A DNA stretch of 64,000 nt, from contig NMRA01000515.1 of assembly GCA_002633005.1 (NCBI GenBank), forward strand, positions 144,558-208,557. The letters run 5' to 3'. The stretch is from Phoronis australis (Eukaryota > Animalia > Phoronida). A model generated the notes under the pieces. It saw nothing but the letters and a program-made list of their open reading frames with translations. It ran no database searches and was not told the DNA's origin. Below are positions 37,801 through 48,913 of this stretch, in pieces (position 1 is the first letter of the stretch; every line of letters begins with the position of its first letter). The translations under genes and the position numbers were made by a program.

Positions 37801-38993
37801 GAGTAGCACAATCATTCACTCTCTCATGTGGCAGGCAAATTGTGGAACTGATTTTAAAGTGATATTTAATTTTAGTCAAAACTTAGTGTTCATACCAACT
37901 TAAAATGAACATTAATCATGATTGTTTTTGGCTTTTGAATATTGATTTCTTTTCCTCTAATCATGGTGGTAAAACTGCTTTTTGATAAACTATTTTGCTT
38001 TTTTCAGTTTGTCGAGGTACAAAAGTTCAGCCAGGTTAAACAGGTGAGAAGATTGAAAATCCCAGTCCCCACGTCAAAAAAAAAAAAAAAATATTCAAAG
38101 TAAAAAGTTTTCATGGCATTCATTTTGAAAATCTTATTGTTTACAGTCATTTTAGTGCTTCAAACCAAACACACCAGAATACACACACATAATAAATCTA
38201 TGAGCTTACAGATGGGAGGTTCTTTATAGAATTCATAATAGCGTTGTCATGGCAACAATTCCTATATGTCTACCAAGCATCTGCTGAAGCAGCTGAAAAC
38301 TCATCTTCCATCACAAAAGCAGATTTTGATTTAGACCACTTACCTTGAATTGGTCTCAAATTGTCATGTAGTCAAATTGGAGATCATGTCAAAGCTTCAA
38401 AGATCGTCAGACCAGACTCTTTAAGTTGAATTGTCACGGCATGTCATTTTATGCACTGCCCATTGTCTCGCAGAATAACTGTCAGTTCTTTGCAAATTCT
38501 GAAATCTTTTCTCGTTTGAATAAGAAACTAGTTGTGACCAATGTAAAAGTTGTCATCCTGAACGGCACATGGGTTTATAGCTGTTTTAATGCTTACTTTA
38601 TGAAATGATTATTTTTGTGCAACTTTGCAGTTTGAATACATTTTTTTAACTTGTATTTAGCAATTAGTAGCTATCTCACTACCACCAAGTAAAGGAAAGT
38701 TTCCTTAGAAAGTGGTAACAAATGCATTCTTTGACTTACGCTGATGTAAATTGCATAACCGTTTCATGTTTTAGCATTTCATTTCCTTTTTTCTGCTATG
38801 AAATGTTGTTGTTGGTTTCTAGCACAAGAACGTGTACGTGATTGGATATGGTACTGAAAGTGAAGCGCCTTCTTCAGCCGACTATCCAGAACTGAATGTC
38901 TTAGAGACTGGGTCCTTCTATGCACTTGACACTAAACCTCACCATCCTTTGGACACCTCTGATCAATACCCATCACTAGAGAGGGCAGTGTGA
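16874..38993 (+). CDS. 20-exon gene, 1071 aa: SIR2-like + DUF5753-like + TKL-type Ser/Thr protein kinase + RNase Z-like metallo-beta-lactamase
   Basis: Exons 16874-17038, 17990-18175, 21684-21770, 22972-23133, 23969-24124, 24413-24599, 25445-25518, 27501-27744, 28898-29109, 29631-29857, 30505-30742, 31508-31682, 33148-33257, 34340-34535, 34874-34984, 35602-35819, 36035-36152, 36751-36893, 38008-38043, 38823-38993. All introns GT-AG, phases compatible, 3216 nt from ATG to TGA with no internal stop. Confidence 0.88.
17530..17660. repeat. Short imperfect palindrome (MITE-like) in intron 1
   Basis: tcttgtagaaattttt...aattttctacagga termini with internal cctat/atagg inversions. Confidence 0.5.
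20236..20997 (-). mobile_element. Solo LTR (762 bp) with 5-bp TSD, inserted into the right TIR of the DNA element
   Basis: TGTCA...TGACA termini; TSD CGCTT at 20231-20235 and 20998-21002. Minus-strand TATAAATA (20659-20666) and AATAAA (~20337-20342). Confidence 0.85.
20679..20881 (-). promoter_or_regulatory. Cluster of heat-shock elements upstream of the LTR TATA box
   Basis: Perfect 3-unit HSEs aGAActTTCtgGAAc (20713-20727) and cTTCtaGAAagTTCc (20803-20817, 20867-20881). Partial HSEs at 20679 and ~20763. Confidence 0.7.
25104..25224. repeat. 39-bp tandem repeat x3 in intron 6
   Basis: Unit tagatttataaagacactagtcacttacaggggtactat starts at 25104, 25143 and 25182. Confidence 0.95.
26102..26200 (+). 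mobile_element. Degenerate THAP-domain remnant (DNA transposon relic) in intron 7
   Basis: VGDWDNTSWAGVSVHRLPTDLRLRRLWV resembles THAP CxVxGCxNT...GVSxHxFPxDxxxRxxW with the cysteines lost. Confidence 0.5.
26560..26975 (+). repeat. Dispersed repeat; inverted copy at ~51230-51660
   Basis: aaatgacctta...cctacctcggtctcctt...catatgttgatc at 26874-26968 matches the reverse complement of ~51490-51590. Confidence 0.65.
27838..28652 (+). mobile_element. Older HINE-like element of the same general type as 10326-11480
   Basis: Shares aaatttggtatgtatgtt and ttcacaaaatttgac motifs, and has a 3' end gggtgcattggtcttgtt. Confidence 0.4.
29700..34450 (+). other. Protein kinase domain (TKL-like Ser/Thr), all catalytic motifs present, exons 10-14
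   Basis: ISEGSFGEVF, VAVK, RREYESM (alphaC Glu), HPNIV, IMEFMEGG, HRDIKVDN, KIGDFG, GSYRYMAPE, ADVYSYG, CVQRNPQFR. Confidence 0.95.
34495..38993 (+). other. RNase Z/BN-like metallo-beta-lactamase domain, exons 14-20
   Basis: LLCLGTG, PSSSF, LLVDMG, FLTHNHSDHTGDL (HxHxDH), QHSETCFG, GYSADSG, VIVDAR, YEHAS, VYVIGYG. Confidence 0.9.
36923..37730. repeat. ~450-bp duplication across an N at 37371, containing a 30-bp tandem repeat (about 5 vs 2 copies)
   Basis: Unit taatactaaattgtagcaaatcaactgcca; the second copy restarts atgcactgaatttg at 37372. Explains the ILNCSKSTA ORF. Confidence 0.85.
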
Positions 38994-39069
38994 GATGTGT
39001 GTGGGCACTTAGCAGGAATACTTATTGACTGTTGATATTAAACCTACTGGTTGAACTGTTTGCGTTCAA

Positions 39070-40394
39070 GGCCCTGTTTCATGAAAACTTGACTCAATCT
39101 TAAGACTGAAAACCAAAATTTGTCAAAGTTAAGACAGAAATTCCGGCTACGTTAAGACCAAAGATGAAAATTCAGAAAAGACCGTTTCATGAACAGGAAG
39201 TTGGATTTCGGGTCTTTGGTCTTAACTTAGACAGAAATTAAGTCTGTTTTTGACATACCTCCTTTTCACCACCTGTTGTGAATTCACGAAACTAAGCGAG
39301 GCGGTGTGTGATATACAGTTTCAAGAATAATCTTGTTCTTGAAACTCTTAATGGAGATTTGTTACATTGAATCATAGACTATACCATATGGACTGCCAAT
39401 TCCGTGTACTATCAATGGACGAAATTTGTGCTCTTCCGTATAACATTGCGTCATTATTCACTTGTGACACCTGGCCCAATGATTTGGCATTATTTCTGGC
39501 AAGTATGTTGTCTGCTAATCTTGGTCAGCTGTTGTGTGGTCCGGTGGTAGCAGCATTGCTAAAAGTACTCATGATACCAACAGTTCTACCATTTTAAGAT
39601 TTTGAACAGCATTTCAATGCCGAAATAATTATTTTGTTTTTGTTGTACTGGACAGTCACAATACACTAGCCGGAAAATGTACCAGATAATTGCGGAGAGT
39701 GGCACTGTTTCTTGGATATTAAGGAAGAAAATGTCAGAGTTGCGAATCTGTTGTCTATAATCTATGGTTGAATGGGTGGCTTTCAAATAGCAATGTGGTT
39801 ACTGGTCACATGGGACTGGATACCAGTGGCCTATAGAGGACGAGGAGCTACTTTGTAACTTTTGTTTAAAACACATCTGATCACATACATTGTAAAGGGT
39901 CTTTTCACGAAGGCGAACCGTTCCCCTATGCCACTCGCTGTGAAGACAAAGTAACTCCTGGAACAGCTAGGTGGTGATATGAGTCACTGGTCCCATGTGA
40001 TCAGCCCCCATTGCTTCTTGAAAGCTTCCCATTGATATCTCGTTTGCTTGAGAACTCAATGGTGTGGCTTGAAAATATTATTTCACGTGCTGGTAAGTTG
40101 CACTGCATTGTCTCTGTAGCCTTTGCTGGTTCTTGAATTGGAAGCAGACAATCTTCAATTTGACATTGTGTAAGGACATTGGATTCTGAATCAGAATACA
40201 TTATGAAGAGTCATAAATTTTGGTGGTTGAGATAATCTTAATCCCAACACCACGTAGTAGGATAACTTTCAGTCTTACCTTAGAGCAATTTTGGTGTTAC
40301 GAAATTTCATGAAATGGTGCTAAAACATTTTGGTCTTAAGTTAGCTTGGTTTCTGTCTAAGTTAAGACAGAAAAAGTTTCATTAAACGGGCCCC
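39070..40394. mobile_element. Decayed PIF/Harbinger-like DNA transposon just 3' of the kinase-MBL stop codon
   Basis: Imperfect TIRs GGCCCTGTTTCATGAAA... / ...TTTCATTAAACGGGCCC, subterminal TTAAGAC/GTCTTAA repeats, and a fragmented internal ORF (QFRVLS...WP.D...LM.P...FN) weakly like HARBI1. Confidence 0.55.
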
Positions 40395-43300
40395 ATCACT
40401 AACAATGTATGATATTGAAACATGAATCTTCATTGTAAAGTTTGTTTGTGCAATGTAACTTCGAGAGTAGTTGGTTGTGGGCAATAAACCAGAAATAAAT
40501 CGCAGATTAATTATCACACTGTTTGTTAATTTACCTCAATTGCATCTTCTGTTCTTCAAATTTGTTTGGGAATTTAAGGGAATCAGTAACCATTGCCAAC
40601 TTAATTTGTGTATATTAGTAAACGTAAAAAAATGAAAAGAACAAGAATGTTTTTACATCTGGCAGCACTCTGGGTTGAAAGTGTGAAAGTGCATGACATC
40701 ATCTTCTTGTTGACACTGGCTGCCCCACAAGTGTCATCAGAATAAACTGCTAAACAGGATGACCAATGTACAATAAAGTGGTGTGTGTTCCGGATTGAAA
40801 AACTCACAAGCTTTAAAAGGACAACACTGAACTGGAAAATATGTGACTTTCACTTGTCAGGAGGGGCAAGGTGGATGAAGGCAGGCAGAGGTTAACCATT
40901 TTTTCTGGTCACCAGTTATCTGTTTGGTAGACGCTATACACAAATACTAGTGAAACATGCACTTCATTGAATTCCCCAACTGGTAACTGCGAATGCCTAA
41001 TGGTAGGGGTTACGGTAGACACTTGCCACATTTTCTGGACAGGCTACTTTTGTTTGGGGATTAGGAGACAGATATGTTGTCTCTGGTAACTGCAGCCTAC
41101 TCCTGTCAACATTCTTCACCAATTTAGATACTGCAGTCTATAAGAACTGAATGCGCCATTTAAAATTGAACTATTTCTTTTTTCACACTGAAAATCTGTT
41201 AACTTTAACAGAGAAAAAGTTGTGCACTGCAACAATGAGTGTTCAATTTATTTAAACACTGATACGACTTCGGTAAAATCGCCGTAACAAATCCGAACGA
41301 AATGACTGTGATTAGCAGACGACGAACTTGCCGCACTTAAAATTTGCTGTATTTGCAGGTGTCGCTGGTGAATAGGGAGATGTTAAGAAAAAGACGCTAC
41401 GGTCTCTGGCCCGGTATTGGAATCCTGCCCAAATCGGCATATTCCGATTTGGCCGTTCCCGTATCGGAATTCCAATTGGAATATATTTCACGATTGAATT
41501 TAAAATGATAAATTGAATACAAAACTTTATAATTCAGTATTTTTTCATGCAATCGAGGCTTCGTTTTAATAATACAGACTCACAACGTCGTGTTGCTATT
41601 TTAATATTTTATGAATCTTCAATCTTTGTGCAAGGTTTACCTCATAGACATCTTCACGATGTCTATGGTTTGCCTAGTTTATATTCAACATACATGTTGT
41701 TACGTTTCCATTCTTGCACCAAATTAATCAGCTTATTGTCGCCGGTTGATCATTCCAATACAGGACACTCGAGAGCGGTCGGATCCGGAATCGCAAAGGC
41801 ACTTTCCGCGGCTTCTAAAACACACGAATGCAAACTTCCTAAACTGCGAAAATTTTTGTATCAAGCAAACTGCACTTTGTAATAAACATTTTGAAATTGC
41901 CTGATAACAGTTCGGATAAAGCGTTTTTTTTTTTCGACATTGTGTAGGCGGTCTCTGCTACCTGTCCAGGGATTCCCATACGGGCCCGTATCAGAATGTG
42001 TGCTAATTAATTGAATAAAAAGTTTTAAAGGTAACAATTTTCATCAACTTGTATTTTAATCTATATGAAATGACCAACTAATGTGATTCCTCGAACTTCC
42101 ACGTATTTTTCACTAAAGTAAACCATTCAGCATGCATTTTGTGACCTTGAACGTCATTTGAATTTATTCATGCTGTCTTAATTTCTTGTTATCAACACTT
42201 AAAAGGTATTACAATGACCTGGACACCACTCAGTTGTGAGAAGTGGAGAACTGTAACAGTATGTGTCACAAAAATGTGAACAATGACGGAAGATACACAC
42301 CTAGTATCGTACTGCGTGTATTAAGTAAGACACCGTCTCATAATGTGCACCCTCATGAAAATGGCAGCAATCTGACGCAGCAGGCCGTCCCAATCAAAGG
42401 AATGTTTTCATTTGGTCAGTCTATTACTCCTCGGAAGGGGTCATGGCACTTTTCAATAAACTCTGATCACAAGGCACTTACAAACCGTAATTATTTAAAG
42501 TATAACTGAAATAATTATCAAGTTACAACTGTTGAAGAAGAAATTTTACAACTTCAACCGAGGCATTGAAGAGCAACAGGCTAACTAATAACCACGTCAT
42601 AGATATCCAGATCAATGTGCCCGTCTTTTGGAAATATTGAATACCGAAAGAGTGTTCTCAATTGGAATCGTGCCACATGTGATCCTGCGGTGAAGAGACC
42701 AGAGAGATCTTCATGGGAACTGCATGAATAGAGTACTTTCAAAAACTGAACCGCATGGGGTTTACGACGAAGTTATTCAGACAGGTGGTTCGTCAGCCTT
42801 GATTCGTGGACAGAGATTTGCCTTAGGGGTCATGGTTTCTCAAACGGATAGGGTGGTGTTTTTTTTCCTGTCCGTCAACATTTAACGTCATTTCTTTCGA
42901 TTTAGTACAACTCGTGCTGCTTTCCACTATCAGGCTCTACCCGCCCGTCTACGCCGTGATTAAAGCGAACCCCACCGGCCGTAAAGTGAGAATATCCATA
43001 TTGGCGAAAATGATATGCAAAGAGTTGGAGTAAATCTGTCTAAACAGTAGAGCAAATTCGCACATCTGTATGTGCGAGTTTTCTATTTCACCTGCTAAAA
43101 CGACCCCTAAAATAAAAATTGACACCAACGAGACGCGCGTGTACAACTTGGAAAGTAAACTATTGAAGATACTGCATTTGACACGCGCCCTGTGTTGGTC
43201 ACATCACGTGAAGACATGCAACTTGTTACTGTGACACAAAAGACTTTTTTCTGTGTAATTTACAAAAAAACAAGTTTTACATCATGTAAAATTTGAGCAT

Positions 43301-44672
43301 TTGTTCTCTTTTTACCTAAACAACATTCAAGTATGAATGGACTCACTGGAGACAGCCCGAAAGTTATTATCTCTACGGCGAATGATGTTACAGTTGTGTC
43401 TCCAATGAGTTGCCAGCAGTCACTGGTACGGTGCGCGGCTTTAGACGCTCTGCGGCTGGGTTCAAGATCTTTTATAGGCCTAACTATCCCCAATTCCCGT
43501 ACCAGGGTGAATTTCAAAAATATGTTGACTGCATTTGTCTAAGCTTACAGTCAGTAGTTTTTCATATGGAATACATTACACAACACGTGTCTGATCGAGT
43601 CTGCACAGTCATTTGTCTTCAAAAAATTATCATTAGCTGCTTACTGGTTAATACATCAAAATGTGTGCAAGTGTCGGGATGTTGCGATGTTGCATTTTGA
43701 AGGTACATGTACCAAGTTTTCAAAATAAGAGAGACATCCACAGAACTCTTCCTGGTAACATTATACTTGGATAAACTTTTTGCCGAAATTATTTGGCAGT
43801 TTAGTCGAACTTTTGTGGGACTTGAAAGTGACATTGCGCCTAACAACGAATTGCTTTTTGTGAATGGACTTTCATAGTAAAATGTGATTTCGACTACTTA
43901 AATGGAGCAACAACTGTCGAGTTTGTGCAGAGATTTAGCAAGAATTGAAATGGATTCTTGTCGAAAAGAATATTTATTTAGTGGCGGTGTTGTGCGCCAA
44001 AACCCAAATTGTGACGTTGTTTAGTTTAATTTGAAAAGTACTGTATGCTAGTCTTTGTACCTTTGTATGAGTTGTAATTTCTTGGTATGCTTGAGAACAT
44101 AAAAATAGACATGTCCATGCAGTTGTTGTTTTTACAGCAATATCTTTACAAACTGTAAACCATTTGCGTCCTAAGGACCGTAAGGTCCACCTCCATAAAC
44201 GTAAAAAACACGAGTTCTTTTGTGTGACTAGTGTTCTCAAAAAGGAGCTCATAACTCGAGGATTACACTGTTTTGTACGAAACTGAAGTCCACGTAAAAA
44301 GCCAAACATTTTACAAAAGTCCTGAACACGTCAAATCAAAAATTTCTTTCAGCATTACTTAAACTTGAAATTATATAAAAAAAGATCGCTAATGAGTTCA
44401 AGTAGTCTCAACAACAGAAACAGTTGCTTTTACAATGTAATCTACCTCACAAAATAGTTGTTGTAAAATAAAAAGGCAAGACAGCTATTCCAAGTTTAAG
44501 GAGACCACGCCCTGCTTAACCAGGGAATGCTTGCTTCCGAACAAGTTTTTGTAAAGGGAAAATAAATTATTCCAAGGAATTGGGTAAAAAGTAATCGCTA
44601 ATTTGTTCAGTGTAATCTCATGATGAGAAAATTGTGTATACAATGTTTTTTATTCTGTCAGAATGTTGACTT

Positions 44673-44818
44673 NNNNNNNNNNNNNNNNNNNNNNNNNNNN
44701 NNNNNNNNNNNNNNNNNNNNNNNNNNNNNNNNNNNNNNNNNNNNNNNNNNNNNNNNNNNNNNNNNNNNNNNNNNNNNNNNNNNNNNNNNNNNNNNNNNNN
44801 NNNNNNNNNNNNNNNNNN
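44673..44818. other. Assembly gap (run of N)
   Basis: Visible N run. Confidence 1.
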
Positions 44819-45049
44819 CGCCACATATTTTTTGTAAAGTGAAAAAAGGATTATTCCAAGTTAAGGCATGGGGCGTGGTCTGCTTAAACTTGGAAATGGA
44901 TAGAAAACAATCACGAAATGTGGTCAGAAAGAGTATCAAGAATAGAAACAAATCCCTATAGAGTGTACTGTAACACTTTGCAGAATGTTATGTTAACTGT
45001 TGTTCTTATATGTCTGTATTTTTGACAGGAGATATGAGGTCATATTCCC

Positions 45050-45290
45050 TGGCGCGTGCTGTTGCCAGTTGCACACTTGGGGAAACTGAACGAAGGAGTG
45101 CCCGAGAAAGTTCAATTATGGGAGTATTTGCTCAAGTTGGAAGGAATTAAAGACATACATGGCCTCCTAAAGAGTCTCTCCGATGCGCAAAAGGTACATA
45201 CATCAAGGTGACTTAATGGTTTAATCAGTGTGATGCATAATTTGCCGAAAAACTTCCGGCGTATGAAGGCCCTATAGGAGCTTGACCGTC
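45050..45290. repeat. Dispersed repeat with a related copy at ~57490-57730
   Basis: ttatgggagtatttgctcaagttggaaggaa matches the reverse complement of ~57494-57523; ttaatcagtgtgatgcataatttgccgaaaa matches ~57668-57700 directly. Confidence 0.65.
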
Positions 45291-45922
45291 TCGACTGCTA
45301 AATCAGTGGAACCGTCTGTTCTCGTGCCGCCTGTAGTACACCAGGCTGTAGGTTCTCTTATATTTGGCCTTGAAAGACGTGCGAAAAACGGTTTAATAGC
45401 ATTTTTCACGCATTAAATAAAAATCAACAGAAAATATTTAAATGTGTCCATTTTCGCCGCAAGCAATAGTTGCACAACATTACATAATCTGGGCTGATAG
45501 TCGATCAGTGAGATGTTGGCCGTGGTCTAAATTTACCACCTGAAAGTTTTACCTGGCTTGCTCGAGATTTCAGGTGTGATTTTTGCCTGAGAGTCTTTCA
45601 GGCATGTGCCGATATAAAATTTAGTTACGTTCAGTGATAGCGGCGTGTAAAAAATTTCCCGACCAGTATACGTGGTCTGTCTGTGCCGACATGGCGTAAT
45701 ACGGTCATAGTTCGGTATCTTTAGGGCTCCTCGTGTTTTCTGTCCAGACACTTTCAATTCATAAATCTACCCGTAACACATCCATGAAAGGATCGAGACT
45801 CGGCGGATGTCTGTATACAGAGGACATTCCAGCAAAAAGTGTATTTCATTCTCTATCTTTCTCATGTTACAGCACTGACATACTCTGTCCTTCGACCTGG
45901 CAATCCCCCGCACAGTCTCATA

Positions 45923-46095
45923 CCCTTACAAAAATGAACTTAAGTTTTCATTCCCGAAAACTTAAGTTTTTGGCGAAAACTTAAGTATTTTGGAACAAGT
46001 TTTTTGGAACGAACTTAAGTTTTTCCTCTAAAACTTAAGTTATTTTCCAAAAACTTAAGTTTTCAGCGAAAAACTTAAGTTCATTTTTGTAAGGG
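45923..46095. mobile_element. Palindromic MITE with TA flanks and AAAACTTAAGTTTT subrepeats
   Basis: TA-CCCTTACAAAAATGAACTTAAG ... CTTAAGTTCATTTTTGTAAGGG-TA, perfect TIR. Confidence 0.85.
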
Positions 46096-47295
46096 TATAT
46101 TATTGAAAACTGTGCACACCTGAAGCGAGCAAGCACTCGACTATGATGAAGTCCTAGACAAGTGACCTGACGTCACGAATAATAACTGACCCTACATGGT
46201 AAGTAATTACGACAGTGATTTTCCTCAATTATGAAAGGATATTCTAAGTCTGTTATTTGATCGGACACTAACCGTGACCATAGTATCTGTGTTTCACAAA
46301 GAGAGTGAACCTAAATGTCCAAATGGTCAATAAGTTTTTTTTTGCAAAAATAGGACGTGAGGGTAAATCTTAAAATTTGACTGAACGTTTGATGAATTGA
46401 GAAATTTGAAGTCAAATAGGACACTGCATGGAATCTTTCAGTTTATGCTGAAATCCTTAAGTGCCGGCGAATAACTGATAAGATGAGGATTTTTATCCTG
46501 GAATCAACCACTGTACTGAATACCAGGATCATGATTTCATGCTCTGGTGCCCAACACTCCACGCGGCTCGGAAATAATACACTTTCAGATAAAGAATGAA
46601 TGGGAAAGGGTAGATGACATGCAGCGCCACCTCTGAAGACTTTAGTTTTGTTTAATTTTGGGGTTGCTGATCCTTATGCTGTCATTTTTGCTTTGTAATA
46701 CCAAAAGTTAGGCAGCGTTTCCGATTACATAAAATCACAACATGGATTGAAAGGAGTCCACTGACTGATTTAATCTGATTTGAAGTTTGTAATGTTGCCT
46801 AACATCATTATGAGCAATGAGTGGGTCATCATTAGAGATTGTTCTGCTTTGTTCTTACACTTTATTAAAAATAAAATGTTTGATAATAAGAAATGAACAT
46901 AACAAAAATTCACAATTTATGGTACATCATCAGTCAACATTTTAACAAATGACTTGCAAAAAGTAAATATTAAATTCTAAGACAATACAAACTGACGAAA
47001 AAAAAAAATGATCTGGACAGATGCATGGCGCCCAAAAAGTTTTGAACAATAAAAATGACACATACTGTAGTTATAATATTTCATCTAAGTAGGCATGAAA
47101 GTTTTTTGTCACTGTTTGATGATGATGATTACAAAATGATGGAGATTAGACTGGTCCGCATCCATTCTTAGAGAAAGCCAAACTTTTGTTTCGTCTGGTT
47201 TCAAATTTAAGCCACTCACTTAAAAACCTGCTTGGCTACAATTGAGCACCACTGTAATGCACAGACAATACAATACACTACATGTTAATACATTG

Positions 47296-47940
47296 TTTAC
47301 TAGGCTGTACTTATGTGGAAATATCTTACATTCTGTTAGCTCTAAACCCTACAAAGTATATATTTTCTGAAAGGTGAATAAAGTTCCTTACAAAATTTAT
47401 TATTCTTACTTACTTGTCTGTATTTCTCACGAGATATGCGTTTCTTAGTAAAAATATTTTTTGACTTTGAACAGATTTTAAAAACATTGTTCCTCCAGTC
47501 ATTTTGGTCTTTTATCAACATGTTGATAACAACATTTTCGAGGAAGCCGTGTCTCAGATTTTTGAAATAGTTTCTAGTTTTTCGGAACAAAGCCTTCAAA
47601 AATCAAGAGTAGGTACATTTTTGCTCAAAATGCTCTAAAAAGTTGATAATAAAAATCTAACACCTAGTTAAAAAATCTGAGACACGGTTCCCTCGAAAAT
47701 AGCATTATCAACATGTTGACAAAAGACCAATATGATTGGAGGAACAATTTCTTTAAAATCTCTGTTCAAAGTCAAATAAAATTTGTTCACTAAAAATGTA
47801 TATCTCGTGCAAAATAAAGACAAGTAAATGAGAATGATAAATTTTGTTAGGAAATTTAGTCACCTTTCAGGAAATACATACATTGTAGGGGTTAGCTAAC
47901 AGAATTTAAGACATTTACACATGAGTACAACCTGGTAAAT
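47296..47940. mobile_element. ~640-bp foldback element with ~270-bp imperfect inverted arms
   Basis: e.g. ttttcgaggaagccgtgtctcagatttt vs aaaatctgagacacggttccctcgaaaa; ctgaaaggtga vs tcacctttcag; ttctgttagct vs agctaacagaa. Confidence 0.8.
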
Positions 47941-48913
47941 AAGGTTCACAGTTACTGTAAGTAGAAAACAGAGTATTTTCAACATATTCTACATTTAAAG
48001 ATTCAGTTCTAGAATAAGTCAAGCAAAAAAGCATACTAAGCTCAGATTAGGACTTTTAACCGATATTTAAGCCAACTTAACACTGACACAAAAGCAACAA
48101 TCTGAATACCTTAATTACCAATCCTTTTTAAAAATTTAATTCGAGTTCAATAACTTCTTGCAAAATATATCAAATCAGAAAGCATGTCTAACCCTTTGTG
48201 CGAGTTACACTGGATGACTATGAGAAAAAGCCGCAAGTCTTGAACCAGTGAATCTATTCCATGATACTGTGAGGACAAAGTTTTAGTTGAAAAATGTGTT
48301 CATCATTACGAGGAGGTACTTATTACCCAACAGCAGGTGACAAAACTTATTGTAGGTAAATTCACCAAAAGACGGTTTACTATCTTTTAAAAAAATCTTT
48401 GTTGATAACCCAAAAGTGCTACAGAGACATGACTTCAAACGTAAAGCTGATTTTCAGGAACTATTGTGAGAAAAGAATTGGGCTTCAGATACCAAGAGCT
48501 GTTTGTGCAGATCAACACTTGGGATGAAAAATTAATTTCCCAAAAAAATTCCAGAACATTTTGATAAAATCCTACTAAAATCACAAGGAAACCTGTCAGA
48601 AATCCTGAAAATATTATATAGATTAAACACAGACATTTTTGGCAATGTATCAACACACAAATCTCATAAAAACTATGCCTGGGTAAAAAGTGCGATTAAT
48701 TCACACATTCTGACAAACAAGATAGCAAAGTCAATCAATACAAAAATAATTTCAAATAGTAGTAGAAAACAAAACTCTAAATCTTCTGATCTCATTTTTT
48801 ACCCAAAACAGGGTTGTTATTATCCGTCACATCACCTGATACTGAATCCAACCCCATTTTGATAACATAGTAGCTCAAGGTAATCTGCCACCATTTATGA
48901 GTGAAAATCATGA

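Noticed and set aside
42243-42509. FSINSDHKAL resembling retroelement RNase H TDHKPL
   Set aside because: Single short motif with no flanking RT or integrase similarity.
43260-43542. Overlapping ORFs; one minus frame gives IIRRRDNNFRAVS, faintly OTU-like
   Set aside because: Catalytic Cys absent and multiple stops; similarity too weak.
44618-44961. ORFs containing X runs
   Set aside because: Artefacts of translating through the N gap.
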